Assembly (NCBI GenBank): GCA_017560765.1
Contig: JAFZEI010000015.1
Span: 397-64,396 of the forward strand
DNA from: Clostridia bacterium
Lineage (GTDB): Bacteria; Bacillota; Clostridia; UBA1212; UBA1255
Reading direction: 5' to 3'
Length of the DNA: 64,000 bases
This document shows positions 19,670 through 29,842 of the stretch, one piece after another; position 1 is the stretch's first letter, and every line of letters starts with the position of its first letter. The translations under genes were made by a program, and so were the position numbers. The notes under the pieces are model-generated. The model saw only the letters and a list, made by a program, of their open reading frames with translations. It had not been told where the DNA came from and searched no databases.

Positions 19670-19694
19670 TATAATACCTTCTTCTGTTTATAAA

Positions 19695-20918
19695 TCACAA
19701 ATAGTAAACACTATCTGAATTTATTCCGATATTTTGCGTGTCTAAAACAATTTTTCCCTTTAATTTGTCTGCATTTTCTTTTATCTCATTATGTTTTACC
19801 ATAATAACAACAAAATCTACAGATGATAAGAATTCATCCAAATCAAAAATCTGGTTTTCTGTTATGTTATGCTTTATAAATGGATCATACGCAACAAGAG
19901 GTTGTGCCAAATGTTTTTTCTGACACTCCAAAAGCTGCAGAGCCGGGGATTCTCTGTAGTCGTCCACATTCTCTTTATAAGTCAATCCGTATAAGCCTAC
20001 TTTTGATATGTCTGTCATGCCCTTTTCTTTCATTATGTCATGAATTCTTTCTAAAACAAAAGCCGGCATAGAATCATTTACTTTCATCGATTCCCATATC
20101 ACTTTTGTAAGGCTCGGGTAATCTCCTACCAAAAACCACGGGTCTACGGAAATGCAATGGCCTCCCACTCCGGGGCCCGGATTAAGAATATTTACCCTTG
20201 GGTGCATATTGCAAATTTTAATGATTTCATAAACATTCATATTGTCATTTCTGCAAATTTTTGCCAACTCATTTGCAAACGCTATATTTACTGCTCTGAA
20301 TGTATTCTCTACAACTTTTGTCATTTCTGCCGTTTTTATATCAGTAATAATTATTTCTCCTTGGCAAAAAGAAGCATAATACTCTTTTATTTTCTCACCG
20401 ATTTCTCTGTCATCTGCACCTATTGTTCTGTTGTTATGCAAAAGCTCATATACCATATTGCCGGGAATAATTCTTTCGGGGGCATGTACAAGATTTATAT
20501 CTTTTCCAATAATTAAACCTGCCTTTTCTATTACCGGCCTTACATATTTATCAATTGTTCCGGGAGAAACAGTAGACTCTATTACAATAGTAGCTCCTTT
20601 AGGGCAAACTTTAATTATCTCTTTTACTGCAGAATTCACATAGCATACATCTATTTTTTTTGAAAAACTGTCATACGGAGTTGGCACAGACACAATATAT
20701 GTATCTGTAACACAATATTCCGTAGTAAATTTGATACCGCTCTTCAAAGCTTTTTCAAACAGTTCATCCAAGCCGTCTTCTTTAAAAGTCGTTTTCCCCG
20801 CATTGAGAGTAGCCACAAGTTCCTTATTATAATCTGTTCCTACCACTTCTACCCCATGAGATGCCATCATAAGAGCAGTCGGAAGACCTATATACCCCAA
20901 GCCAATAACATTTACCAT
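19695..20918 (-). CDS. wecC: UDP-N-acetyl-D-mannosamine dehydrogenase (UDP-glucose/GDP-mannose dehydrogenase family)
   Basis: 407 aa. GLGYIGLP Rossmann motif. Family-wide similarity. Paired directly with wecB. Confidence 0.8.
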   Translation of the reverse strand: MVNVIGLGYIGLPTALMMASHGVEVVGTDYNKELVATLNAGKTTFKEDGLDELFEKALKSGIKFTTEYCVTDTYIVSVPTPYDSFSKKIDVCYVNSAVKEIIKVCPKGATIVIESTVSPGTIDKYVRPVIEKAGLIIGKDINLVHAPERIIPGNMVYELLHNNRTIGADDREIGEKIKEYYASFCQGEIIITDIKTAEMTKVVENTFRAVNIAFANELAKICRNDNMNVYEIIKICNMHPRVNILNPGPGVGGHCISVDPWFLVGDYPSLTKVIWESMKVNDSMPAFVLERIHDIMKEKGMTDISKVGLYGLTYKENVDDYRESPALQLLECQKKHLAQPLVAYDPFIKHNITENQIFDLDEFLSSVDFVVIMVKHNEIKENADKLKGKIVLDTQNIGINSDSVYYL

Positions 20919-20925
20919 TCTTAAA

Positions 20926-22485
20926 TTACCTCGTTTTCCTTAATTGTGCCTTTTCTTCTTTATTTAAACCAAATGCCCACAATGTGCCCAGATAAACTAC
21001 AGCAAAAGCCGCAACACCCAAAAGCATTTTCGCAAGTAGATTTTCGAAAAGAAGTGTGGCTGCAAAGCAAGCTATTCCGCTTAAAATCAAGCAAATCCAA
21101 ATTTTACCGAATATGTTTTTATACATTTTTATCATATTAATTTTATAAATCTTGTAATAATAAATGTTCATTATTATTACGCTGCCAACAAAATAGCTGA
21201 AAGCAGTTCCTACAGCTGCCGCATAATAATTCCAAAAATACGTACCAACCAAGGAAATTATAATATTCAGTACCGTAGTCAAAAGTAAAATCATGGTTCT
21301 GAACACCAATCTATTCTGGGCCCTTAATATAGATAAGCATACATTGACACACAATTCCAACAAGGAAGGTAACATGAGTATTAGAACAATGATATACACA
21401 TCCTCATAGCCATTCCCTAACCATAAATTGACAAAAGTTTTACCTAAAACAATAAAACCTGTCAATGCACCTCCTAATAAAGCAAATTGTATTCTGCCTG
21501 CCTTAAGAATCAATTTTTGAGTCGCAGAAAGATTTTCATCATCGTTTTTTAAGGTTTCAGTTACTGTAGGAAGCATAACACTTGAAATAGATGTAGAAAG
21601 CTGCTCAAACATAGAAAATATCAATAATCCCATAGAATAAACTGTAACTGCTCCTGCGTTGACGACAGCTCCTATTATTACGTTATCAAGATTTCCGTTG
21701 GCTTGAGATGCAATAGTAGTGATAAAAATCAGCATAGAATACTTAAATGATTCTTTAAACACGCTGTGTTCCCATCTGCTGAATTTTATTTTAACATTTA
21801 ACACACGATTTATATAAACAATTTCAACGCAAAGCATTCCTATTGTCAAAAACAAGTCTAACAATACAATAACCAAGGCATCTTTTATAAAATGCAAAGC
21901 AACATATATTGTCAATATTCTTGTAAGCAAGCGGATTATCTTTAATCCGTTGCCAAACATGAATTTATTAAAACCTGTTATCACGCCATTGAAAACATTT
22001 TCAAAAATATGAGCAATAATGCCGGCACACAAAAAGACATACAGCTGTTTAGCTTTTACTAGCTCTGCTGCTGTAAGACCTTTCCCATATATATTGTCAA
22101 TAAAAAAATAAATAATTCCGGTAGCAATTATAACGACTACGCTAATAATACCTGCTTGAAATAAGCTCATAGATATAAAATTAGGTATTTTTTCTTCTTC
22201 TTTGTCAGCTCTGTATCTTGATATATATCTCAATAATGTACCGCCAAGACCAATATCTAAAACCAACAGTGCTGCTGTAAAAGAAGACATAGTCTTGTAA
22301 ACACCATAAGCACTGTCGCCTAGCTTGTCAACAATATATGGAGTAACCAACAAACCGGAAACAGTATTAAGTATTATTAATATATAAGAAAGAATCGCAC
22401 CATATTTTACTTGCGATAATGAAATTTTTCTCAAAGTTTTTCTCCCGTATTTTTTTCTTTTGCTCGCCTTATTATGCCAACACAC
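20926..22485 (-). CDS. wzx: Wzx-type flippase (MOP/polysaccharide biosynthesis protein family)
   Basis: 519 aa, about 14 predicted TM helices, N-terminal pattern ...LLVTPYIVDKLGDSAYGVY typical of PST flippases. 5' end overlaps wzy by 55 nt, so the true start may be downstream. Confidence 0.7.
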   Translation of the reverse strand: MCWHNKASKRKKYGRKTLRKISLSQVKYGAILSYILIILNTVSGLLVTPYIVDKLGDSAYGVYKTMSSFTAALLVLDIGLGGTLLRYISRYRADKEEEKIPNFISMSLFQAGIISVVVIIATGIIYFFIDNIYGKGLTAAELVKAKQLYVFLCAGIIAHIFENVFNGVITGFNKFMFGNGLKIIRLLTRILTIYVALHFIKDALVIVLLDLFLTIGMLCVEIVYINRVLNVKIKFSRWEHSVFKESFKYSMLIFITTIASQANGNLDNVIIGAVVNAGAVTVYSMGLLIFSMFEQLSTSISSVMLPTVTETLKNDDENLSATQKLILKAGRIQFALLGGALTGFIVLGKTFVNLWLGNGYEDVYIIVLILMLPSLLELCVNVCLSILRAQNRLVFRTMILLLTTVLNIIISLVGTYFWNYYAAAVGTAFSYFVGSVIIMNIYYYKIYKINMIKMYKNIFGKIWICLILSGIACFAATLLFENLLAKMLLGVAAFAVVYLGTLWAFGLNKEEKAQLRKTR

Positions 22486-23657
22486 AATCCAATAAGCAGG
22501 AAGAAGTTTGGTTCTAATAAATACGAACTTGACAAAAATAATTTAAAGAAGCTATTTGTGCAAAGCAAAGCTATAATGAAAGTTTTTTCTTTACTGCTCT
22601 CACATTTTGACAATGCACTAATATAAAGCGCTATCAATATTCCGAATATTAAAGAACCGCCAAGCACACCAAAGGACACCCATAATTCCAAAATAATGTT
22701 ATGCGCATATGCCGTTGTAAACTCTCTGTCTGCTGCAACACCCAGTCCCCAAGGATTTTCCTTTATTACAGACAGTAAGGTTTTATTAATATTATCACGT
22801 CCATTTGGGTCTGCTATTTCTCCTTCTTTAAAACTGTCCAAAATTCTGGTACTCATACCCATACTTGAAACTATCTCCCTCAAAAAGTCAATAATCTCAT
22901 CCATAAACAAAAAGACAACAAGAAGAAATAAAATAATTGCTAAATAAGCGACTATTTTGTTTTTTGTTTGCTTTATAAAGACAAAATATGCAAAAGCAAA
23001 AACTATTATTGCAACAACAGGGCCTCTTGTGCCATATGATATCAATAGCACAAATCCTATAATCATGGCAATCAGATCAATTTTTTTATATTTTTCAAAG
23101 AAATATCCGGCTGTCAGTGCAACATGAGGAAGGAGTTTATATGCCATACCCATATTGTCATCACCAATTTGCAATGTATCTGTTCCGAAAATTATTAAAC
23201 TTGCCAAATCTGCAAAAATTGCATAAACAGAAAGGACGTGTAAATAGTCAATCACCTTTTCACTTCTGTATGCCGCACCTACAAGAAATAAGGTGAGAAT
23301 GAATAAAATAAAATCTCGTCTTTCCTCTGATAATACTGTAGCAACCTCTGTATAAGCTGCGTATTGTATTCCTAATTGATATCCGGCTGCAACAGCAAAG
23401 TATAGAAATATATCAGATAGCCGCAATCGCTCAAAAAAGTAAGAGACAGAAAGCAAAATTGCCGTAATAAAAAACAAATAAACTACAATTTCTGTAATGT
23501 AGTTAAAAAACGGCAACCTGTACATGACAAGTTTTAAGTCAGAAATTAATGTATTGTTTGCCCAAACCAAGCAAAACAAAAATAAAAAAAACATTTCTGA
23601 ATTAAAAGGTTTCTCTAATATATTTATATTTTTTGGATATTCTCTATTGATTGCCAT
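22431..23657 (-). CDS. wzy: Wzy-type O-antigen/oligosaccharide polymerase (O-antigen ligase-like domain)
   Basis: 408 aa polytopic membrane protein. Wzy_C-like stretch YGTRGPVVAIIVFAF followed by a periplasmic loop and further TM helices. Confidence 0.6.
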   Translation of the reverse strand: MAINREYPKNINILEKPFNSEMFFLFLFCLVWANNTLISDLKLVMYRLPFFNYITEIVVYLFFITAILLSVSYFFERLRLSDIFLYFAVAAGYQLGIQYAAYTEVATVLSEERRDFILFILTLFLVGAAYRSEKVIDYLHVLSVYAIFADLASLIIFGTDTLQIGDDNMGMAYKLLPHVALTAGYFFEKYKKIDLIAMIIGFVLLISYGTRGPVVAIIVFAFAYFVFIKQTKNKIVAYLAIILFLLVVFLFMDEIIDFLREIVSSMGMSTRILDSFKEGEIADPNGRDNINKTLLSVIKENPWGLGVAADREFTTAYAHNIILELWVSFGVLGGSLIFGILIALYISALSKCESSKEKTFIIALLCTNSFFKLFLSSSYLLEPNFFLLIGLCVGIIRRAKEKNTGEKL

Positions 23658-23674
23658 AAATTCCCCTTCTTGAT

Positions 23675-24703
23675 TTACTTACCAATTAATATAGGCAACA
23701 CAAAAGTCCATAAGCCTGTTCTGCATAAAAAAAGGAAAAATCTGTATTTATAAGATAATTTTCTGTACATTTCCTTTTTATTCAAAACATCCCACGGCTC
23801 TTTATTTAAATATTCTTTTACAATATGTCTTTTTTCTTTTGATGTCTTAGGACACTTTTCAGAAAGCAATTCGCAAGATACAACAGTATAAAATTCCATT
23901 GCAAGATTTTTAGCATAACACAGTGTATTTTCTTTTATAAAAGCTGCATTTTCTTTTTTTAAGAGCTCTGCATATCTGCAAAGTATTTCTTCCCTATTTC
24001 CATAATATTTTCTCATGGAGGAACTTTCATATATCACATAGCAGTACCATATATCCAGAACGACACAAATATTACTGCACTTGTTTGTAAATTGCATATT
24101 CCATAAAACGTCTTCCCCTAAGGGTTGTCCCACAGGGAAAGGATTATTCTTCGCAACATCACTCTTTATGAGTCTTGCACATGGACCTCTGCCTATATAG
24201 CCATATTTTTTTACGTTTTTATATTCGGTCCGATTTGTCATCAAAAAGTAACTGCGCAAATCATCCATATTTTCTTTTGTATAAATATGATATTGTTTGT
24301 TTTCTTGTAACGGAATACTAACACTTTCCCCCGGTTTTGTTTTTGCAACTGCCGCAATCACCATGTCAGAATTTGTCTCTTTTATGATTTGAAGTCCCTC
24401 TGAAATTGCTTGAGGAAGCAGTACATCATCTGAATCCAAATACATAATATAGTCTCCGGTTGCAAGTTCTGTACCGTAATTTCTCGCAGCGCTTACTCCT
24501 TTGTTTTCACAATGAAAAACACGAATTCTATCATCGAGACTTTTTTGCAAATCACAAAAAGCAGCAGTTTCTTCATTTGAGCCATCGTCAATTATTATAA
24601 TTTCAACATCTTTGAAAGTCTGATTAAAAAGACTTTCCATGCAACGGTTCATATATTCACAATTAACATTGTATACAGGTATTATTACGCTGACAACAGC
24701 CAT
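23675..24703 (-). CDS. Family 2 glycosyltransferase
   Basis: 342 aa. VSVIIPVYN...IIIDDGS...YLDSDD (DxD) GT2 motifs. Confidence 0.8.
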   Translation of the reverse strand: MAVVSVIIPVYNVNCEYMNRCMESLFNQTFKDVEIIIIDDGSNEETAAFCDLQKSLDDRIRVFHCENKGVSAARNYGTELATGDYIMYLDSDDVLLPQAISEGLQIIKETNSDMVIAAVAKTKPGESVSIPLQENKQYHIYTKENMDDLRSYFLMTNRTEYKNVKKYGYIGRGPCARLIKSDVAKNNPFPVGQPLGEDVLWNMQFTNKCSNICVVLDIWYCYVIYESSSMRKYYGNREEILCRYAELLKKENAAFIKENTLCYAKNLAMEFYTVVSCELLSEKCPKTSKEKRHIVKEYLNKEPWDVLNKKEMYRKLSYKYRFFLFLCRTGLWTFVLPILIGK

Positions 24704-24715
24704 ATTTTCCTCTTT

Positions 24716-25612
24716 TTAATACTTTATTCTAACGTAAATTTTAGCCAGCAAGCGTCTGGTACAAGCCAACATGTATCTCAAATATTGAAATACGCACACT
24801 TTTTTATCAAATACATACGAAACGATATTTACGCTTACTCCGCAATCCATAAGCTTTTTGTTCTTATTGTTATACTTAGTTCGTGAAAAAACCGTCATCC
24901 CGCTTTCTGAATATTTTTCAATTTCACCGGGAAACTTTTCTGTATACATAAACGGATATGAAATAAATAAAACACTGTTCTCTTTTAAAAACGATATTAC
25001 AGCATCAACATCATTTTCTCCCATATTGTATTCATATCTGGCACAATATATCCCTTTATATCCTAATTTTGAAACTATCGCTACAGTTTCTGTAGTATAT
25101 GCTTCTATCAGAAATCTTTCTTTTAATTCTGTTTTTTCTCCTATACACAACGAAAGTACATCAAGGAAATTCAAAATCTGTTCCTCTGTAAACATTCCGA
25201 ATAAATCGAGCATAAAAACAGTATCATTATACTCTGATAGCATATCAATAATATTTTGTAAGGATATAGGAGTAAGTCCCTTTGTGGATAAAGAAAAAAG
25301 AGTCTGTTTCATAAACCAGTCAAAGTCATATACATTGGGCTTTTCAAAAACCTCCATACGTCTCATTGACTTTTCATCAACAGTATGAGCAACGGCAACA
25401 TATTTGTTGTCAGTTGTTTTTCCGATGTCAAATTCAAAAACCTTAACACCTTTTTTATACCAACGCAAAAATGCCTCTTTTGTATTGGTTTGTCTTACAC
25501 CGGCAAAAGCACCGAGACCGTGCATACAATAATTAAATTTACCTTTTAATTCATGAACTGTCATCGTATTAAAGTTTTGCTGCCTCTGCAATTGCCAAAT
25601 CGTTTTCATCAT
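24716..25612 (-). CDS. Phosphodiesterase-like protein (GDPD/PI-PLC-like fold), tentative
   Basis: 298 aa. HGLGAF...TNTKEAF...GVKVFEFDIGKTTDNKYVAVAH resembles the H-x-G...ENT..AF...G.D..E.D...T.DG..V..HD core of glycerophosphodiester phosphodiesterases. Likely real start is Met17 (ATG 25564), 4 nt after the upstream stop. Confidence 0.35.
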   Translation of the reverse strand: MMKTIWQLQRQQNFNTMTVHELKGKFNYCMHGLGAFAGVRQTNTKEAFLRWYKKGVKVFEFDIGKTTDNKYVAVAHTVDEKSMRRMEVFEKPNVYDFDWFMKQTLFSLSTKGLTPISLQNIIDMLSEYNDTVFMLDLFGMFTEEQILNFLDVLSLCIGEKTELKERFLIEAYTTETVAIVSKLGYKGIYCARYEYNMGENDVDAVISFLKENSVLFISYPFMYTEKFPGEIEKYSESGMTVFSRTKYNNKNKKLMDCGVSVNIVSYVFDKKVCVFQYLRYMLACTRRLLAKIYVRIKY

Positions 25613-26309
25613 CTATTTCATACCAACGGTCTGCATCAATTTTAACTATCCTTATATCATTGTTCCCGTAATATATCATTGCACCAAGAACAAGCTCATA
25701 GTAACTGTTTATATTTCCTATTTTTACATATAAATCAATCATAGGAAAATACTGGTTGCAAATAAAATTCTTACTAAACTTGTACACGTTTACTGTTTTA
25801 AGTGCCTCGTCATACGGGAATCCCTCATATTGGTCTCTTTTTATAACAAGGGAACTTGCCTTTATTCCATCGCAAGAAAGTATAACAGAGCCATTCATCG
25901 TTACAGGGTTATACTCACTTACCAATATATTACATTCCGCTTCTCCCGACAATATTTTTTCTATCAGATCATAACCATAATACAAATCACATTCAAGCAT
26001 AATGCAATCATCATGTATATAATCCCTCGCCAAAAAAAGAGAGTAGACATTGTTAGTTTTATCATAATCTGAATTTTCTACATATGTAATAGACATGCCC
26101 TTCCAGTTATTACCTATGTGTTTTATTATATATTCTGCCATATGGCCAACAACTATCACTACATTGTCAATTTTGCGCGTTGCAGATAAAAGATTTAAAG
26201 TATTTTCAAGAAGAGGAGTTCCCTTAACCGGAACCATACTTTTAGGCATATGATCTGTAAGCGGCCTAAGACGTTTACCAAAACCGGCAGCCAAAATAAT
26301 CGCTTGCAT
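25569..26309 (-). CDS. LicC-like sugar/alcohol-phosphate nucleotidyltransferase (cytidylyltransferase family)
   Basis: 246 aa. MQAIILAAGFGKRLRPLT...PKSMVPV N-terminus typical of LicC/PntC/TarI-type nucleotidyltransferases. Confidence 0.65.
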   Translation of the reverse strand: MQAIILAAGFGKRLRPLTDHMPKSMVPVKGTPLLENTLNLLSATRKIDNVVIVVGHMAEYIIKHIGNNWKGMSITYVENSDYDKTNNVYSLFLARDYIHDDCIMLECDLYYGYDLIEKILSGEAECNILVSEYNPVTMNGSVILSCDGIKASSLVIKRDQYEGFPYDEALKTVNVYKFSKNFICNQYFPMIDLYVKIGNINSYYELVLGAMIYYGNNDIRIVKIDADRWYEIDDENDLAIAEAAKL

Positions 26310-26327
26310 TTTTACTTACTCCTTTCT

Positions 26328-27212
26328 TTAATTAAAAAATTTTATGCACTTTTTAGGAGAATCCAACATATTAACCGGATGCTCAGGCTTTCTTCTTTCT
26401 TCAGACGGCAATAAAGAATAATCCCCATACATTTCTTTAAGAAATGTATCTGAATTAATTAATGCCATAAGTTTTTCTCCTCTAAATAAAACCTCGCCGT
26501 ATCCCTCGTCATAACTTTTTTTATTAAAACGTCTTCCGGTCTCGTACATTCTTGACGTATAACGTGTATATATTCCCGATGGTTTATGTTTCTTTATAGC
26601 AACCGCCTTGTCATTCAGCTCAAATATATCGCGAGGTCCGACAATTATTTTAGCAAAAAGACCGAGAATACTACTTACAATATCCCTTATCTTCTTATAC
26701 GTCTTGTTATATTTGTCGTGCCTTACATTTCTCACTTTAGTATTGTGAAATGCAGTTCTTAAAAATCCTGTTTTAAATTTTTTCCACTTAAAAACCAATT
26801 CGTTTGCAGGTTTTTCTTCATTAATAAATAAATCAATGTATATTTTTTTCTCCAACAACTCTTTCGTTGTTACCCTGTCAAGAAAATGAATTTTTAATAC
26901 TTTAATTTCTGAATCTTCTGCAAGTACTTGTCTAAGTTTAGTATATTCCGTCCTTGTCATCATTACGTCAGCATCATCATCCCAAGGAACGAAATCACCA
27001 TGTCGCATAGCTCCCAAAAGCGTTCCGTCAGCAAGAGAATACTTTAAATCATGCTCTTTGCAAAAACGGTCAAAAGATAATAGCAAGCGCATCATATCTT
27101 CATGTGCTTCTTTTAAGTTATACTTCTCCTCATAGCTGCCTACTTTACTGTAAGGATATGGGATTATATAGTTAATAATCGCTTTTGTCTTTGTGTCGGC
27201 GCCGCTCATCAA
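26328..27212 (-). CDS. licD: LicD-family phosphotransferase (transfers phospho-alcohol such as P-choline or alditol-P from CDP donor)
   Basis: 294 aa. LLSFDRFCKEHDLKYSLADGTLLGAMRHGDFVPWDDDADV matches the LicD core. Start uncertain (overlaps upstream gene by 41 nt if at 27212). Confidence 0.7.
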   Translation of the reverse strand: MMSGADTKTKAIINYIIPYPYSKVGSYEEKYNLKEAHEDMMRLLLSFDRFCKEHDLKYSLADGTLLGAMRHGDFVPWDDDADVMMTRTEYTKLRQVLAEDSEIKVLKIHFLDRVTTKELLEKKIYIDLFINEEKPANELVFKWKKFKTGFLRTAFHNTKVRNVRHDKYNKTYKKIRDIVSSILGLFAKIIVGPRDIFELNDKAVAIKKHKPSGIYTRYTSRMYETGRRFNKKSYDEGYGEVLFRGEKLMALINSDTFLKEMYGDYSLLPSEERRKPEHPVNMLDSPKKCIKFFN

Positions 27213-27732
27213 ATGCCTTCCATCTTTCCTCTGCAGTTTCCAAATATATTAGAGAACGTCTTTTTTCTGCAAAATTTTCAAAAGTATCAATTTGCTTTGC
27301 GGGTATTCCTGCCCAGACAGCACCCGCCGGAATGTCTTTATTAATCAAACTATTAGCTCCGATTACAGTATCAGACCCAATTCTTACATTTCCCAATACA
27401 ATAGTTCCCGAACCAATAAAAACATTATCCTGTATATCTATACAACCCAGTTGCTCTTTAAATTCAGAATTATTTTTCTCTCCATGGTATTTGAAATTTA
27501 AAACACCATGAATCGCGTCATGTACAACAAACTTTACACCGGAAGCTACTTCAACATTATTTCCAAATGAAATAAGCTCGGAATGTAAAGGAACAAGCAT
27601 TGCAGGTAATCTTACATTTTTACCTACGTGATGAAAAATCTTCTTTTTCCTTGCGTAATTTCCTCTTTTAAGTTGATCAAAAAAAAGAAAAAATCTTATA
27701 GATCTGAACATTCTTTTTATATCCATTGCCAA
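27172..27732 (-). CDS. Hexapeptide-repeat acetyltransferase (Mal/Lac/WbbJ-like O-acetyltransferase)
   Basis: 186 aa. Left-handed beta-helix repeats IGSGTIVLGNVRIGSDTVIGANSLI...AGAVWAGIPAK. Confidence 0.6.
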   Translation of the reverse strand: MAMDIKRMFRSIRFFLFFDQLKRGNYARKKKIFHHVGKNVRLPAMLVPLHSELISFGNNVEVASGVKFVVHDAIHGVLNFKYHGEKNNSEFKEQLGCIDIQDNVFIGSGTIVLGNVRIGSDTVIGANSLINKDIPAGAVWAGIPAKQIDTFENFAEKRRSLIYLETAEERWKAFDERRRHKDKSDY

Positions 27733-27739
27733 ATATCTC

Positions 27740-28519
27740 CTAAATATACTCTCCGGCTGTTATTCTGAATGTACTGCCTGTCATCATGGCAGAGGAATCT
27801 GACATAAGGTAAATCAATGCCTCCACATAGTCATGTCTTTCCAACATTCTGCCCATCGGAATTGTGTTTGCCGCACGTTTTCTTAATTGTGCCTCAGTTT
27901 CTCCCTGCTGTTTTCTAAGGGCAACTTCACCCTCTGTTGGTGTCCATCCCAAAGTAAGATAGTTGCAACGTATCATTTCCGAAGCATAATTATGAGCAAT
28001 ATGTTCCATAAGAGTAATTAAAACGCCCTTGGAACAAGCGTATGCAGCTCTGTCCTTTTCGCCACCCCACGCATGAGCAGAACCTGTAAAAACTATGGAA
28101 CCTCCACCATTCATTCGCATATATTTTATTGCCTGTTGACAACAAAAAAAGCAAGCCCTGAAATTTACGTTCATTACCTGATTAAAAGTTTCTTCATCAC
28201 AAGTATCTAAAGGAGAAATCGGCGTTACACCTGCATAATTGAAAAAACCGTCTATCTTCCCAAACTTATTTGCAGCTTCGTCAAATAACTTCTTACAATC
28301 TTCTACTTTTTCCAGATCTGTATGGACAAAAATTGCTTCACTTCCATAAGTCTTGATAATTTTAATTGACTTACGAGCAGCGTCTTCATCTCTGCCACCT
28401 ATAACCACTTTAGCTCCGGCTTTTGCAAACTCTTCGGAAATTGTCTTTCCTACTCCTTTTGTACCACCGGACACTACTATAACTTTTTCTTTTAACGGTT
28501 TATTCATATCAAAAATCAA
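27740..28519 (-). CDS. Short-chain dehydrogenase/reductase (SDR)
   Basis: 259 aa. VVSGGTKGVGK cofactor motif, NYAG, catalytic Y-x3-K (YACSK). Confidence 0.8.
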   Translation of the reverse strand: MIFDMNKPLKEKVIVVSGGTKGVGKTISEEFAKAGAKVVIGGRDEDAARKSIKIIKTYGSEAIFVHTDLEKVEDCKKLFDEAANKFGKIDGFFNYAGVTPISPLDTCDEETFNQVMNVNFRACFFCCQQAIKYMRMNGGGSIVFTGSAHAWGGEKDRAAYACSKGVLITLMEHIAHNYASEMIRCNYLTLGWTPTEGEVALRKQQGETEAQLRKRAANTIPMGRMLERHDYVEALIYLMSDSSAMMTGSTFRITAGEYI

Positions 28520-28523
28520 CGCC

Positions 28524-29828
28524 TTATAATTCTAATGCTTTTTTTACATCAAAGCCTTTAAGCAACATGTCATTTCCGTTTGTATCAAAGACCTTAACAC
28601 AATCCATATATTCTCTAAGTTTTTCCCCCAACTCCTGTTTCGAATCACATACAATGTATAATCTTGTCATAACTTGCTTTTCATTACCTATCCATTCTTT
28701 AGGAATATTATCTCCTTCATATAAACGCTGTGCATTTGCAATAATATTTTTATCGTTTTTCCATTTATCCAAACCCTCAATTTTGCCAATGCGTCCCTCT
28801 TTGAGCAAAAACCAAAGTGTAGCAGCCCATTTTCCGCGCAAATAAGGATCATCCGAGGATAAAAGATCCATTTTTCCCTCAGACCCCGTCAAAGCAAATC
28901 TAATAAGCATTTCTCTTTGATCAAAACCTTGAATTTCTTTAATTAGCAGATGCGGTGCCTCTCCCTGAAGTCTAAAGCCTGTATCGTACACATAAAACTC
29001 ACCATTTTCATAAAAAGCAGAAAGCATGAGCACTCCATTACGTATTCCGATGTCCTTGAACATCATTACTGCATTCTCGTGCATTCTCTCAAAATATTCC
29101 TTCATATGCTTTGAGGGGTATGTGCCTCCAAGACACACACGGCTCAACCCGGGCTGTTCATCAGTAGTATATCTGTCATATATACAAGATGCGCTGCATT
29201 GTCCGTCCTTAAACGTATAATACATTCCCATGTCTTCACATTGCATGTATTTTTCTACTATAAAGCGTTTTTTCTTTGAGGCTTCCAAAGCTTTTTCAAC
29301 GGCAGGTTTTAAGTCTTCTTTACTGTAACAAACTGTCATTCCCACACCACCACCGTTATCTACAGGCTTTACCATTACAGGAAATACAATTTTATCAATA
29401 TCTCTGTCATTTAAATCTGCATCAAGATAAAACTCCGGTATTCCGTGAATGCCATACCTTTCACAAGTAGCTTTAAAAACATCTTTAAAGGCAAAAACAT
29501 CAACAATTTGCTGCGTGGCATAGCAAGGAAAACCTAAAGCATTACAAACTTTACAATAGGAAGGAACAAGAATATCAGCAACGCCTACCAGCACACCGTC
29601 AACTTTTTCTTCCATTGCCAAAGCAATAACACCGGGGACATCCATTCCGTCAACATCAAAACTTTTCCAGGAATACTTTTTTGCATCATCAGTATGGCGA
29701 CCGCTTGTAACAATGGTCTTAATTCCCATTTCGTTTGCCAACTTAACAAGTGCTGTTGTTTCAGGATTTCCTCCTAAAATCAATAACTTTTTACCTTCAA
29801 ATTCACTACTCATATAAATTCTCCTCAT
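28524..29828 (-). CDS. ATP-grasp domain ligase
   Basis: 434 aa. Pre-ATP-grasp Rossmann-like N-domain (KKLLILGG), central ATP-grasp (VMVKPVDNGGGVGM), C-terminal domain. Resembles carboxylate-amine ligases. Confidence 0.65.
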   Translation of the reverse strand: MRRIYMSSEFEGKKLLILGGNPETTALVKLANEMGIKTIVTSGRHTDDAKKYSWKSFDVDGMDVPGVIALAMEEKVDGVLVGVADILVPSYCKVCNALGFPCYATQQIVDVFAFKDVFKATCERYGIHGIPEFYLDADLNDRDIDKIVFPVMVKPVDNGGGVGMTVCYSKEDLKPAVEKALEASKKKRFIVEKYMQCEDMGMYYTFKDGQCSASCIYDRYTTDEQPGLSRVCLGGTYPSKHMKEYFERMHENAVMMFKDIGIRNGVLMLSAFYENGEFYVYDTGFRLQGEAPHLLIKEIQGFDQREMLIRFALTGSEGKMDLLSSDDPYLRGKWAATLWFLLKEGRIGKIEGLDKWKNDKNIIANAQRLYEGDNIPKEWIGNEKQVMTRLYIVCDSKQELGEKLREYMDCVKVFDTNGNDMLLKGFDVKKALEL

Positions 29829-29842
29829 TTATACAGTTTCTG

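Noticed and set aside
27172-27732. Hexapeptide acetyltransferase as the missing PglD N-acetyltransferase of the bacillosamine pathway
   Set aside because: It lacks the PglD-type N-terminal domain and aligns better by eye with Mal/Lac/WbbJ O-acetyltransferases. The question is left open.
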